DNA from: Octopus vulgaris
Lineage: Eukaryota
Assembly: GCA_951406725.2 (NCBI GenBank)
Contig: OX597818.1
Span: 95,728,001-95,792,000, forward strand
Direction: 5' to 3'
DNA: 64,000 nucleotides
Shown here: piece after piece, positions 24,319-38,267 of the stretch
Layout: each line of letters begins with the position of its first letter
Numbering within the stretch: position 1 is the stretch's first letter
The notes under the pieces: generated by a model
What the model was told of the DNA's origin: nothing
What the model saw: the letters and a program-made list of their open reading frames with translations, nothing else
Databases searched by the model: none
Program-made: the position numbers and the translations under genes

Positions 24319-24839
24319 GTAAGAGTATTTTTTTGTTGTTGTTTTGACCCAGACTTTCTTTGATCCAGCAGAACTATGATTAAAAGGAGTCTAGCATCTT
24401 TTATATAGATATAGTGTTGTAGGTGCAGGTTTGACTGTTAGATGCAAGTGTGGCTATATAGCCAAGGAGTTTGCATCCTGACCATGTGGTTTAGGGTTCA
24501 GTCCTACTGTGCAACACATTAGGCTAGTGTCTTTTACTATAGCCTTGTTAGTGGATTAGGTAGATGATTAAGTGTGGGTTGGAGAAAGTCTTACGATTGC
24601 ATGCTGTTGATTTAAGAAACAAGAGGTGGATGTAAAGTTAAAACAAGCAACATGAAATTCTTATGCCCAACTCAAGACAGAAGCTTTGCTGATTTCAAAT
24701 TGCTTTTGCTGAAGTTCTTAAGAGAAAGGGACTGTTGCTGATTGTATGTGTATGTGTGTGTGTAAATGTATGTATATGTGTGTGTATGTGTGTGTGTGTG
24801 TAAATTATATATATATATATATAAATGTCTCTCCTAGAA

Positions 24840-25510
24840 CCTCATCAACACTTTGTACATGGAACAAATAGTACTCCAACCAATCAGGTCAGGTAATATA
24901 CTGGATCTCTGCTTCACAAATAATATGGATCTCATCCATAATGTGAAAGTGACATCGACGCTACTCTTGGATCACAACATGGTAGAGCTGACCATGTACA
25001 AACCAAAGGAAACCATGGGCATGCAACCTACAAGAAACTCTTAACATCTTTCCAGTTTGAACTTCCATAAAGCAAACTGGAAACAAACTGAGAATGAGAT
25101 CCTCAAGCAAAACTGGCCTAAATGTCTCTCTTCACCAGACATCGACATAAAACTTCAACAATTCATGTCTGTAATGCAAGCCATATGCTACAAATGTGTC
25201 CCAGAGAGAGAGGCCACTGTACACAAGAAAAAAATCCCCAGGGAAAGAAAAATTCTTATGAAATGGCATGCAAAAATTTCAAATTGCCTAAACAAACAAA
25301 TTGAAAGCAGTGAAAAATCCCACCTGAAAATACAGTCACTGGAGATCGAAAAAATCAGCAACTCTCCCATGAAAAAGAAAGAGCAGACAAAGAAGACTGG
25401 GCTATAGACAATATAAAATCTAACCTCAGAGCCTTCAACAAGTTTGCCAAAGAATCAGGCTCAGTGCACTGCAGAGTAGGGCCACACCTTGGAAAAGATG
25501 GTTCACTCAC
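24840..25510 (+). mobile_element. CR1-type LINE fragment (end of APE domain and tether)
   Basis: QPIRSGNILDLCFTNN...DHNMVEL...NFHKANWK, with stops. Confidence 0.75.
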
Positions 25511-25665
25511 AGTGTAGTGTGTGCTTTTATGTGCCACCAGCACGAGGGCCAGTCAGGCGGTACTGGCAACAGCCATGCTCAAATGGTGGGTTTTTTATGT
25601 GCCACCTGCACAGGAGCCAGTCCAGCAGCGCAGCACTGGCAACAACCTCGCTCGAATGTTTTTTC

Positions 25666-25763
<98 letters not shown>

Positions 25764-26772
25764 TGGCGTCCGTGTTGGTGACACGTAAAAGCACCAACCG
25801 ATCGTAGCCGTTTGCCAGCCACCTCTGGCCCCTGTGCCGGTGGCATGTAAAAAGCACCCACTACACTCACATTGTGGTTAGCGTTAGGAAGGGCATCCAG
25901 CTGTAGAAACACTGCCAGATCAGACTGGAGCCTGGTGCAGCCTCCTGGCTCCCAGACCCTGGTCGAACTGTCCAACCCATGCTAGCATGGAAAACAGACG
26001 TTAAACGATGATGATGATGATGAGAGAGAGAGAGAGAAAGGAGAGAAAAACTAAAGGCATTAGTAAGGATTGTTGTTAGCTCTCTGAAATGTAGTTTTAA
26101 GTTGGTGGAAAGAATGCTATCAGTACTTGCCACCTTGTTGAGTTGGATTGATCAGAGAAGTTTTTGCTCTTGGCAGCTGCTGTGTGTATGTGGTGAGGAG
26201 ACTGGTGAAGAAGAAGAGTTTGGGAGGAGTTTTCTTTATACAATTTTAAGTAAGATAGCTGGAAAGTGCGATGGCTTTTTCAGTAGGAGAGTACTGCTTG
26301 GGGCAGCCATGGGCAGCCTGCAACCCATGGGACTTTCAGAATGGCATACCTAATAAAAAATTACCTTGAATTTTTTTAGCAGTGTGGCCTGCCTGATTAT
26401 GAGCCATGCCTCATGTTGCCTGCTTCTTGATAAAAGTTGCCCACACCTGGCTTAGAGAGTGGTATTTGTTGAAAAATGGTGAATTGGAAGATTCTGTAAA
26501 GATGCTGTGTTAAGTACGTTGTTTTGATGATGACGACGACGTTATCCTTTCCTTTATCTATGTTAAAAGACAAAGACACTGATCTATCACAAGTAGATGT
26601 TTGCATGGGATAAATTGAACTTAGCATAGTAAGCTGGTTAATTTCACAATATTACCACTGGATGTTATATCACCTTGAACAACCTGATACAAGTAAGGTA
26701 GACTTGGCTATGGATACTACACAATACTGGTGAGAGGCTTTGATCCATTGACTTCCTAGCTGGTTGTTCTAT

Positions 26773-26924
26773 AATGTAAAAATATTCTTGTATCAGTCAT
26801 AATCATGATATGAGTGGTTTATCATCATCATCATCATCATTTAAAGCGGACGTTAAATGATGATGATGATGATGATAAACCACTCATATCATGATTATGA
26901 TTGATACAAGAATACTTTTACATT
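26773..26924. repeat. Near-perfect palindrome (72-bp arms, 8-nt loop)
   Basis: 26773-26844 versus 26853-26924 with two visible mismatches; centre is (ATC)n-TTAA-AGCGGACG-TTAA-(ATG)n. Confidence 0.95.
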
Positions 26925-26976
26925 CTCCTCCTCTTTCTCTTTTAATAATTTTCTTCCATTTTATTCTCTTTGAAAG

Positions 26977-27402
26977 GAAATTCGACAAAAAGTCAGTGAG
27001 ATGCGATTGGAGGCTGAGAAGGCATCAAAGACAAAATCTCAAATAATCGATGAGCTGCAAAACAGTAAAGTGCAGCAAGAAATGGAGATGAATAAATTGA
27101 ACCGAAAAGTAGAGAGCCTCATTTTGAACATGGAAAAAACAATGGCTGATGTTGCAGCCTTCAAGAAGACCCAGTTCAATTTTGAAAAGAAACAATCACA
27201 GATTAAACATATGTTAAGTGATCTGACTGCACAAATTGAAAACATCCAAGATAAGACATCTGTAATTCCAGTTGAATTGAAAAATGTAAAAATAGAATCC
27301 GATAATTTGAGCAAGGGCTTGGCTGAAATTAACATGCGAGACAAAACGCTGCAACATAACTTGGAAACTATTAAACAAGAAGTTTTGTATGCACGTCAGA
27401 AG
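26977..27402 (+). CDS. PAN/coiled-coil protein, 426-nt coiled-coil exon
   Basis: Long polypyrimidine tract and GAAAG| acceptor, donor AAG|GTATGA, phase 0-0. EIRQKVSEMRLEAEK...KQEVLYARQK with heptad pattern. Confidence 0.88.
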
Positions 27403-27640
27403 GTATGAAGTATTTTCCTTATCTTTAGGTACAACTTAGTAGTAATGATATAATAGCTGTTATTTTTGGCTAACTTTGACCAGTCTACTTGAGCTAACTT
27501 ATAACTCAAATTTAACTGATCGAGGTATCCATTTCACTGGTATTTCTACAAAAGGTTAGTCTTCTTTTTACTTTATTTGATTTGTGGAGCATGATGTTTT
27601 GAAGTTTAGAAGCTAAAAACATGTGGCTTGACATTTGTAA

Positions 27641-28078
27641 CTCTTTTGACACTAACCTGCCTGAGACCGTTCTTGGTTTTAGGATACAAACTTCCTACAT
27701 TAACCCTTTAGCACTTAAACCAGTCATATCCAGCTAAAATAACTTACCTGTATTATTTTCAAACTGGCCAGATCTGGCCTCTCTCACTTACCTACAATAT
27801 TCTAAAGGTAAGCAATCATATATCCGATATCTCAAAGATACAAGATAATACCTGATTAATTCAAACTAATGTGAATAAATAAGTATTTCATTAGACAGAG
27901 AAATCTGAATGATAAAGGGTTAAAGTGATCTAAATTAAAATCTTCCATCAAATTTTAGTTTGATCCATGTTCCAAACACCAGCTTGATAAAGGTAAATCT
28001 ATTTTACAAAATTCATTACTTTCAGAATTGATTGAAACAAAAGCAGTGTATTTCAACATAAATATTGTAACTAACGGG
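27641..28078. mobile_element. Nested piggyBac MITEs
   Basis: Inner element 27704-27919 (CCCTTTA...TAAAGGG) with TTAA on both sides interrupts an outer element (CTCTTTTGACAC...GTAACTAACGGG|TTAA) related to 33354-33575. Confidence 0.8.
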
Positions 28079-30675
28079 TTAATATATAGAGAAGAGTTTA
28101 CTGAAAGAGTTTTATCACATTTTTGAGTAGCTTCTAAAAAACAGTCGTGTTTGTCTTTTTCTATTCTATTTCTTCCATATTCTCTTCCTTCCTTCCTTAA
28201 TTTTGGGATATGGTCAGTAATTTTGCTCTATGGAAACTTAGAAACTCGTATTGCTTAGTTTTTTTGAATTGTTAATGTAAAACTACATTTTCTTAGCTCA
28301 ATGGCCACTTGCGTTTTAGTTAAGATCAACGTATATAGTTAACGATTTGAAAAACTCTCGTTACACACATACACACATCATCATCATCATCATCATCGTT
28401 TAACGTCCGCTTTCCATGCTGGCATGGGTTGGGCGGTTTGACTGAGGACTGGCAAGCCAGATGGCTGCACCAGGCTCCAGTCTGATCTGGCAGAATTTCC
28501 TAATGACAACCACTCCGAGAGTGTAGTGGGTGCTTTTACGTGGATACTGTGGATAAGATTGCTGAGTAATGGGAAGAACTGGAACCATCAACTGTATCTT
28601 CATTAACCTTGTTAATGAAGACACTAGCAAACAGTATCTAATATACAGCATGACAACAAATGGTGTCTAATGCTACATAATAATAAATAATATCAAATGC
28701 AACATCATAATAAATGATATGTAATCCTAAATGAAAACAAACATGTAATGGTTGTTTTTATATTTTTCTTATATTGCTTAGTCCAAGGAGGAGGAGGAGG
28801 AGGAGGAGGAAGGGAAGAAACCATGATCTTTTTCGGGCTTCTGAGACTGGTGGGAGGAAAGCAAGAAAGAAAGAATTTATTCTCAGACCAGAGATCTGGC
28901 TGAAATGCTTACAACAGAATGAACTGTGTTAAAGGCATCCAAGGATCAGATTTTGTAGTGGTGTTAAACTGGGTAACACTGTATATAATGCTACTTGGTA
29001 GCTCATAATGTTATTATTACATGGTTACAGACTGAGAAAAGACTTCCGTGTTTTTAATTACATATGTCTGTGTGCGTGTGTATTAGTTTTCATTATTGTA
29101 CAAAATTATAGGTGTACTGTTGATTGCATTGACATCCACAGCACATGGCTGATACCTATTTTCTTAAATAGAACTTGTATATCCTTGCTCTTAAAATATG
29201 AAAGGCAAAGTTAAACCAATAACATATGATAGGACAACTACATATGCACACAACCTCTATTTATCCATCCACACATATGTGTATATGTATGTGTGTGTAT
29301 AGGAAGGGCATCCAGCCATAAAAACCATGCCAAAACTGATGCTGAAGCCTAGTGCAGTCTTCTGCCTAGCTAGCTTCTGTCAAATTGTCCAACTCATGCC
29401 AGCATGGAAAGTGGATGTTAAATGATGATGATGATGATATATATCATCATAATTTTAATATTTACTTTTCCATGCTTACAAAAGTCAGAAAAACTTTGTC
29501 AAGGCCAGATTTTCTATGGCCAGATGCTCCCTCCCTGTTTCCAAGTGTACCACCAAGTCTACATCATCGATCTCTTTGATAGCCTCTCATTCCTCTAACA
29601 CCCTTATCGCTCATCTATCATTCATTCCCCACCACTAGTTGCCTATCACTCAACCCATTCTTTACCTTTCATGACAGCCACAATTATTCCCTTTTGCTCA
29701 TCTCTCAATCTCACTGTACCAAGTTGTTGGTGAGACTATGGATGACTGTGGATCTCTTTTGTTCTCCATACAGAGCATTCCATTACAACCAAAGATGTCA
29801 CTGCTCTTATCTGACCCTTTCACAAGTATTCCACCCACTCTTTGATCCTTAATACCTTTTCTTTCTCCTTGTCTATTGCGAGGCATATGCTTAAGAGACC
29901 TCATCATAAAAAAACACAGAATCTTCAATAGCCTCTCTAAGAGTTAGTATAATGTAATGCTATCCCACTGTAAATATAGTCTCCAAGAATAAAGAGCACG
30001 GTAGTGAATTAGAGATAAATAGGGTAGCACTAAATGGGATATTATTCTGTGTGTGTATATGATATATATATATATATATATATATTGATAGAAATTGTAA
30101 GACAATAAAAGAATGAAAGAGACCTCAATATTATGTAAATAGAGGAATTTATCTGTAAATGTAATATGTGACAATTATTTGGTAGCCATGATAAAACTCC
30201 GAGTTTTGGATGTCGGGATGGAAATCCATGCCGCCATCTCTTCAGTTATCCGGCCATTGGAAAAATGCTATGAAAATGACTGTTAAACAAAGGGAAATTA
30301 CTGTATGATAGACCATTATTAAGACAAAAGAGCTATTTGAATGACCGCTAAGTAAGGGGAGGGAGTAAAAATATTCATGGTATTCGCATAAGCGCGCATG
30401 TCCATACCTACACATGCACGCCCGCACACCTACATACATGTGCCTATAAGTATACATTCATCTACCCTCACTTGAAACACACACATCCTCACCCACACCA
30501 TTTGCCAAAAAATATATATATATACAAAAAGGTTCATACGCACATCTATATATGCACATGCACAAGAAAAAACAGGGCTAAGGGCAACAATACTGAAAAA
30601 AGTGTAAAGAAGTATAAAAAAATAAGCAATAAGAGTAAAACACGTCTATATATGCACATTTTATATATATATATA

Positions 30676-32478
30676 TCTATATTATAAATCTGAAATGCGA
30701 AAAGTTTGTTTGTTTGTCTGGTTTTGGCATTGAGAATGGGTTAAAGGCCACTAGATCCCGTCGGATCGACTCCAAAATTTACAGTGACATGTAAAATGAG
30801 GTGAGGATGCGAGTGGGCTAGGTTAGAAATCCCCATCTTAAAAGGTGTCGTTGCTAGGGCCAAAAACGCACTTTGACAAGTCTACTTTCATTCTTGTATG
30901 TATCTGTCTTCCTCCATCACTCATTCTCTTTCCTCCCTTCCCATCAATTTCTATATATAATGTTTCACAGCGTCTAACTCCCTTACCTTCACATTCTCTT
31001 TATAACGTTGTTTCACAGCGTTCTATATCTCCCCCTCCCCACCTTCGACAGCGCTTTCACACTCTCTCTCTCTACGTCTGTTTGCATTCACAGAGAGAAT
31101 TATCATCGCCACCACCACCACACTATCATGAGAACAAATATTATGAATCAGATATTTATTGGGTTAATTTATATATATGTGTGTGTGTGTATTCTATATA
31201 TAAATATGTATATATAATGTATATATACAAAGTGTATATATCTGTATTTATGTATATTAAACTTTTTAATACTTTTTGATGGTTATATATATTTTTAAAA
31301 AAATTATAAATATGAATTAATAATTTAAATTTTTCAATTTTATATTTTATATATTTTGTATATTATATTTTTATTTTTATATTTTGGTTTATGTTTTTCA
31401 CTGTTTGATTTGCCTAATAGTGGTTTTATCTCTAATTTAATTTATATATAATTTGTATACATTTGTATATATAATGCGTACACACACATATATATATAAT
31501 GCATATATATGTATATATACATATGTATATATATATATATATGCACGCATTATATATATATGTGTGTGTATATATATATATATATATATAATGTGTGCAT
31601 TATGTGGTCGGTTGTGCTGAAAATATGCACACCTATGTTAAAAGTGGCTGGCGAGTTTGCATGGCAACTATTTTTTTCCTCAAATGAAAGGCCTGACCTC
31701 TAGGACAAAATTCCTCATCTTATAAAATGTGGCCCGAGTAGACCCGAATGAAATCGGATTATATTAACCAAAATGTGAAAAGGGGTCTAAATGGGGCTGG
31801 AAGGGGATTAAAATTTACAGGAGCGGGTGTTTAGGAATTCTCTGTTACATCAAGCTAAAAAATCTGCGCAAGCCATTAAATCTTCAATGTGTTGCCGTCC
31901 ATGATGAAATAGTTTTGAATGCTTGCCATGGTGAGTTTACTGTTGTGAGAAAGAGTCACTACAAAACTTGGTGTTTAGGAATTTTCTTTTACATTAAGTT
32001 CAAAATTTTACGCCCGCCGTTAAACTGCCACTATGTTGCTGTCCGTCGTTAAGAAATGCCAGCCATGGTGACTCTACTATCCTCAGATTCTATCCCTTCA
32101 AACTTTGGTTTCCAATATTTTTTTTATTTTTATTCAGCTCGCAAGTTTGTCTGTCCCCTTTAAATGTTAGTGTTTTGCTGTCTGCATCGAAGCAGACCTT
32201 TCCGTTGTCACTGCCTGATATTTATGATTGATCTTTCAAAATATTTTATTTCTCAACTTACTCAAGATCTTTTGTTGTTTATAAATGGGAGAGAGATAGA
32301 TAGAGAAAGATAGAGAGTAAGAGAAAGCAAGGGAGAGTCCGAGAGAAAGGAAGAGTAAGAGAGTGGGAAAGTGAGAGAGAAACAAAGAGGGAGAATGTGG
32401 TGATAAAAAACAGAAAGGAAACAACAGAAAGTAAGAACCACACTCTTACCCGCGCGTAGAGCGGGTCACCTTAAGCTA

Positions 32479-32479
<1 letters not shown>
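30676..32479 (+). mobile_element. Non-autonomous Helitron
   Basis: 5' A|TCTATATTATAAA followed by (TTTG)n; 3' hairpin ACCCGC-GCGTAGA-GCGGGT (32448-32466) then CTAG|T. Inserted between A and T in an (AT)n tract; no coding capacity seen. Confidence 0.85.
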
Positions 32480-32560
<81 letters not shown>

Positions 32561-33059
32561 ATATGTATGTATGTATATATGTATGTATCTATATATTTAT
32601 ATATATATATAAAATTTTCTTAAACAAGAATAAATTTGTATTCTACAAAAGTATAGAGTAATTCCTCGGATTAATGTAAAATTGTTTATGTTATAATTGA
32701 ACAAAAAAACAAATATTAATATATATATATGTGTGTGTGTGTATATATATATCTATATACACACATACACTCACAACATTTACTGTCTTTTACATTATAT
32801 ATAATGATTTATAATACTATACCTTGAATACTGTGTAGACTTGGATCTCTGTTGACAGGTCACTAATATATCATGGTTGCTACATAACTGAAGTCTACAA
32901 ATCTCATCAAAAGTTGTGTTGTCTCATTAGTGTAGTGGATGGCACAGCTTTATGGTTTACAGCAGATGTGGTACCAAAATATTCCAGATAATGTTACAAC
33001 TTTTTGCCATCTTCTTCTAAAGTGTGTGCGCATACATATGTACATATGCACACACACAC

Positions 33060-34400
33060 GTTTGATATTAGGTCAAGGATTTGCCTATTTGAATATTATG
33101 TAGTTACATTTTCAGAATATACTATGTTTTGGTGGAGATATTTGTAGTTGAGTGGTCAGTTGAGTTTCTGTAGTTTTATGTTTGAGTGTTGAAAATTTCT
33201 TGGAATGAGTTGCATTTTTTGCAGTTGATATTGGATAGGACTGGGCAAGATTTGGGATTGTTGAATTAAAGACTGACTGAGTGGTGTTGAAAATTGGGTG
33301 ATATTTATGTAATCTGGAGAAATGCTTTCTGATTAGGTTGAGGAAATATTTAACCCTTTTGTTACCAACCTGGCCGAAACCAGCTCTGGCTCTGTAGTAC
33401 AAATATCTTATTTTCATAAGTTTTGAATTAAAATCTTCCACCAAACCTTAGTCGCAATTTATGTTCCTAACACTAGCTTAATGATAACTAAGTTATTTCA
33501 CTAAATTCTTTGTTATATTTAAAATTGATTGAAAGAAACACAGAGCATCTCAAAATAAATACAGTAACAAAAGGGTTAATGTTGGTTGTGGTTACTTGTA
33601 AATTGCATGGTGAGTTGTACTAGGTGATTTTCATTTTTCTATTCTTAGTTTTAAGCTTTGTGATGGGATGTAGTTGACGTTTTCTTTGGAATCACTTAGT
33701 ATAAGGATATTGTATGAGTATTCATTTTTTATTAAGGCAAGCTTTGAGGAAAATATTTCTCGGGTTTATTGCTTATGGAGGGTTATATAATTGAAAGATG
33801 TATATTTGTTGGGTTATTTTGTTAGATTTTCAAAATAAAATTTTTGCAAGGTGTGTCTAGAGTAAATTAATTATACACTTTTTCTATGTTGGTATTCACT
33901 GAGATTTTCACATTGGAGCCTTTCAGCAGAGAAGCCCTCATGAATATGTTTGTGGCTCAGGGATTCATGTTTTTGACAATGGGAAGCTTTCGTTCATGTA
34001 AAGGCCTCCTTCAACAAATTGTGATTTAGTGTTAAGAGTGTATAATTAAAATAGGCCAACCAGTTCACTTACCTCAGTGGATTTGTATGACTCCAACTTA
34101 TGGGAGAGTGTTTAACAGGATTTCTCTTTATCCTTACATTTCCATTGTTTGAAGAGGTAGATTTCTGACATGTATAATGTTCATGTCTTGTGCTGAGATA
34201 GTGGTGAATTGGTTGGCATGTGAAATTGTGAAATTACAAGGAATTCCTTTGAAATCAGTGTTTCGGCTTTTATGTTTCATGGATCTACCTCAAGAGAGAG
34301 ATCAACCACTGAAGTTGACAACAGTATGGTTGCTATGTGCAATTAAGGATTATGAGGACAAAAAAGGCAGGCTAGTTTATAAGAAATAGCTATAGAGATG
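33060..34400 (-). mobile_element. Penelope-like (Naiad-like) RT/thumb relic
   Basis: ANQFTTISAQDMNII, LESYKSTEVSELVGLF (compare MGSYDGAEVCELVGLF) and YFLNLIRKHFSRLHKYHPIFN; interrupted by a piggyBac MITE. Confidence 0.75.
33354..33575. mobile_element. piggyBac-type MITE, well preserved
   Basis: TTAA|CCCTTTTGTTAC...GTAACAAAAGGG|TTAA. Confidence 0.9.
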
Positions 34401-34572
34401 CTTAAAATATCTGAAGCAGAGTATGTGCTAGTTACTGATATAATCAGATAGTATAAGAGCTTTTTGTATGCAATATGTAGCACATTATCATCAACTGTTT
34501 CTAAGGCAAAAGAAATACACAAGAAAGACCAATTACAGATTAATTAAATTGTTGGATCAGTTTACGAAAGTC

Positions 34573-35100
34573 TTCAACAATCCCAAATCTTGTCCAGTCT
34601 TATCCAATATAAATTGTAAAGAAACGTAACTCATTCCAAGAAATCCTCAACATTTGATTCTACCAGTATAGTAACTCAACTACAAATACCTTCACCATAA
34701 CATAGTATAATATGCTGTTAGCATAACCATATGCTCTTCAAATAGGCAAATCCTTGACCTAACTCCAAACAAATTCAAAGTTTGCTTTAAGCAACATCTG
34801 AGCACACATTTAGAAATATTTACAGAAAAATCTAACATGAAGCCAAGTAAGCACATTTGGAAAACTTGAAACACTCCAACACTTCACATTCCATTACTTA
34901 GACATTAAACTTCAGGCTCTAAATTCTGTTCCCTCTCCATTACAGAAAGGAAAGCAGTTCTCTTCAACAAATAAAACTTCAAAACAGAGTTAATCTCATT
35001 CTGTAGACAGAAAATCCTCCCTCTTTTGAAATGTCTTTAACCCACACAGATAATAGCACACCACTACTAACCCTCATACAACTTCCTACAACCTCCATAT
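34573..35100 (+). mobile_element. Inverted partial copy of the adjacent Penelope-like relic
   Basis: TTCAACAATCCCAAATCTTG.CCAGTC.TATCCAATAT and TTCAAATAGGCAAATCCTTGACCTAA are reverse complements of sequence in 33068-33266. Confidence 0.75.
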
Positions 35101-38021
35101 TATCCCTACTGCACACATATTTTATCTTGCCCAAATAGCTATATATGAATATGCAGATGTGTGTATGTATACACTGTTATATTTGTATGACTTTAAACTG
35201 CATCCAGTGGTAGGGCTCTGGTTCAGGAGACCTCAGGATTTTCACAGTGTAGAAGCATCTCTTAGCCACTATTGCTCTTAGGTCTACTCTGACTCGGAGA
35301 AGCAGCACGTGTCAGGGTCCCAGATAATGGTTAGTATTATGGTTTGCCTACCTATACATGTGAAGACTGGATTCGGTGGACTTTGCAGAGGAAACCTTTA
35401 TGGTTCAATGGAGGGGAAGACAGCTGTAGCAATACACTGTGGAGTGCAGAGAGCAAAATGATACAAGACATCTTGGTTATTGTTTAACACCAGATTAATC
35501 CTGATCCATTAGCCTTATTATCAAAAATTTTCCATTCATCACCATTGTAGCTTTTATTTAGACATAGACTATCTAAGGCTATATAATCAAATGTATCCTT
35601 TCTTTTTTAAGACAGTAGAATGTGATTTCTAACAGATGCAGAAACCAGCTACAGACTCTTACATTGACTTTTGTTTGTCAATGTTATAGTTTCTCTGTTA
35701 ACATTAACTCTTGATGGTTAAAAACAACAGAAATAGTCATACATGTAAAGAAAAAGGCAAACACATTACCTGAATGCACTGGTGTATCAAGATAAGATGT
35801 TGGTGGTGGTAGATGGAAATGAGAAAATCTTTATTTGGCTCATAAAAACACGAGCAGGCACATAAAACACACAATTGCTCCTGATTTAGAAACATAAAAA
35901 TTGTCTACACTCTCCTAGTATATCTGGAACTTCAAAGAGTATGGAATGAGCAAAACCAAAATAATTGATTAATAGCCTTTATATAGTCAACCTAAGAGTA
36001 ATGCAAATGTATCAGAGGACAGACAGATGGACACACGCATGCATGCACACACACACAAATTGAAAGAGAATGAAAAGCCAGTAATCAATAGAACTTTTGA
36101 TTGTTTTACCATATCATCCTAAACTGCTTTCACAATTAATATTTGTTGCTAGGAGTAGGGTGTGTGTGTGAATGTGCTCTGACCAATCCTAATTTGGTTC
36201 ATATCAGTTAACTTAGTTTTATTTGTCCTTTTTTATTTTGTATGTGTAGTTATCTGAAAGTGGTACCCTCTTCCACACATCCCGTTCTTCTAACAACAAC
36301 AAATAATAATTGTTTGTAACATAAGCACAATGCTATAAATTTGGTGAGAGTGGGGTTAGTTGATTAAAATGGTGTCAGTACTTGATTGATATTTTATTTT
36401 ATTGACCCAATGAAAGGCAAGGATTTGAACTCAAAACCTAAAGAACCAGACTAAATACTGCCAATCTATTGCCCTTCGAACAACAAATAATCTTTATTGA
36501 TATGATTTATTGAGACTTTTCTTTAGACTATATATTCATGATGTTTATTTCAAAATCATTGCTGCTGGCATGAAAACATACATAGTATATGCTGTAAAGT
36601 GGTTGGCATTAAGAAGAGCATCCAACCATAGCAACCATTTCAAATCATACTGGAATACAGTGCTGTTCTTGGGACCAATGGATCCTATCAAACCATCCAA
36701 CCCATGCCAATATGGAACATGAACATTAAATGATGATGATATCTCTGATTTCTGTTGTCTTTTTCATGGATGTGTATATGTACATGATTCCAGACCAGAT
36801 TCAAACTAATGGTAGTAAGTCCTTAAACATACGTTTAGTGGATAAGGACATTATTGGCTGGATATGTACAAGCACATATCCAGAAATAAAAGAGCTGATG
36901 ATATCCAGAAAATGAATGGAATGAGATGTGTTGTAGATATAAATATTGTAAATATACACATTAGACCTGAAGTTTATAGCCTGGGTAAATTATAATCATA
37001 TTAACATCTCATCTAGTCCTTATCCACTAAATCCCTAGTACATACACATGTACAGGAACGAAATTCCTGATGATGTTCAGAAGTTGCATGAAATGAAATG
37101 TGATGTTGTTATAAATATTGTAAATATGCACTTTAAAGCTGAAGTTTATAGACTGGATAAATTATAATCATCATCATCATCATCGTTTAACGTCCGTTCT
37201 CCATGCTAGCATGGGTTGGACGGTTCGACCGGGGATCTGGGAAGCCAGAAGGCTGCACCAGGCTCCAGTCTTATCTGGCAGTGTTTCTACAGCTGGATGC
37301 CCTTCCTAACGCCAACCACTCCGTGAGTGTAGTGGGTGCTTTTTACGTGCCACCTGCACAGGTGCCAGGCGAGGCTGGCAATGGCCACGGTCGGATTGGT
37401 GTATTTTATGTGCCACTGGCACGGAAGCCAGACGAGGCGGTGCTGGCATCGGCCACGAGTCGGATGGTGCTTTTTACGTACCACCAGACCAGGGATCCTG
37501 GCTGGTTCAATTCGATTTCGATTTCGCTTGCCCCAACATGTCTTCGCAATAATCTTATTAAGAATTCATCTAAGACATTTAGATATTTAGTAATAATTGA
37601 TTTATCAAAATAATATAAGAATGGTTATTCTCCTTACATATTTAGGTGGGATGGTGATGGGAAATATATGAAATTTGTACTCAAATCTTTCACAAATTAA
37701 ACTGGAAATTTGAAATAATGATTTCTAAGATTGATATAAAACAGCACATTTTGAGGGAAAGGTTTGATTTGGTTGACTCCAGTATTTTACTGGTGTATAT
37801 TTAATTGACTCTGGAGAGATGAAAGACAGTTTTACAGTGAAATTTGGACTTAAAAAAGGCGCTATAATGCTGAAAGTAATTCATTCTGATACCTTTTACA
37901 ATACTGGAGATTTTTAGATATTGTAAGGTAAACTTTCAAATGACTCAGATAATTTTTATAGATACTGTGAGATTATGCATGCACAGCTGTTGTTAATATT
38001 ATTGTTCTTTTCCATTTCCAG

Positions 38022-38267
38022 CTGGAACCAGAAATAAAGGCAGTACGAAAGACACAAGAGAGTCTAATAGAGGACTTGACGCATATCCGTAGCAACAGTG
38101 ATGTGCACAACAAGCAGTATTCAGAACTGCAGATGAATGTCAGACAAATTGCAGAAGATGCAACAGAGGCCATTAGCAGCATGAAGACCTTGAAATCACA
38201 GACAGTAAATAATCTGCAGCTTATCAAGAATATTAAGCTGGAATTGAACAAACTAAAGGATCCAGAA
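38022..38267 (+). CDS. PAN/coiled-coil protein, 246-nt exon
   Basis: TTTCCAG| acceptor, GAA|GTAAGC donor, phase 0-0; LEPEIKAVRK...ELNKLKDPE. Confidence 0.88.

Noticed and set aside
25489-25975. ORFs with YIYIYI runs (also HTHT/VCVC ORFs at 59334-59824 and the Met/Thr/His-rich ORF 60341-60784)
   Set aside because: Translations of microsatellites and low-complexity DNA.
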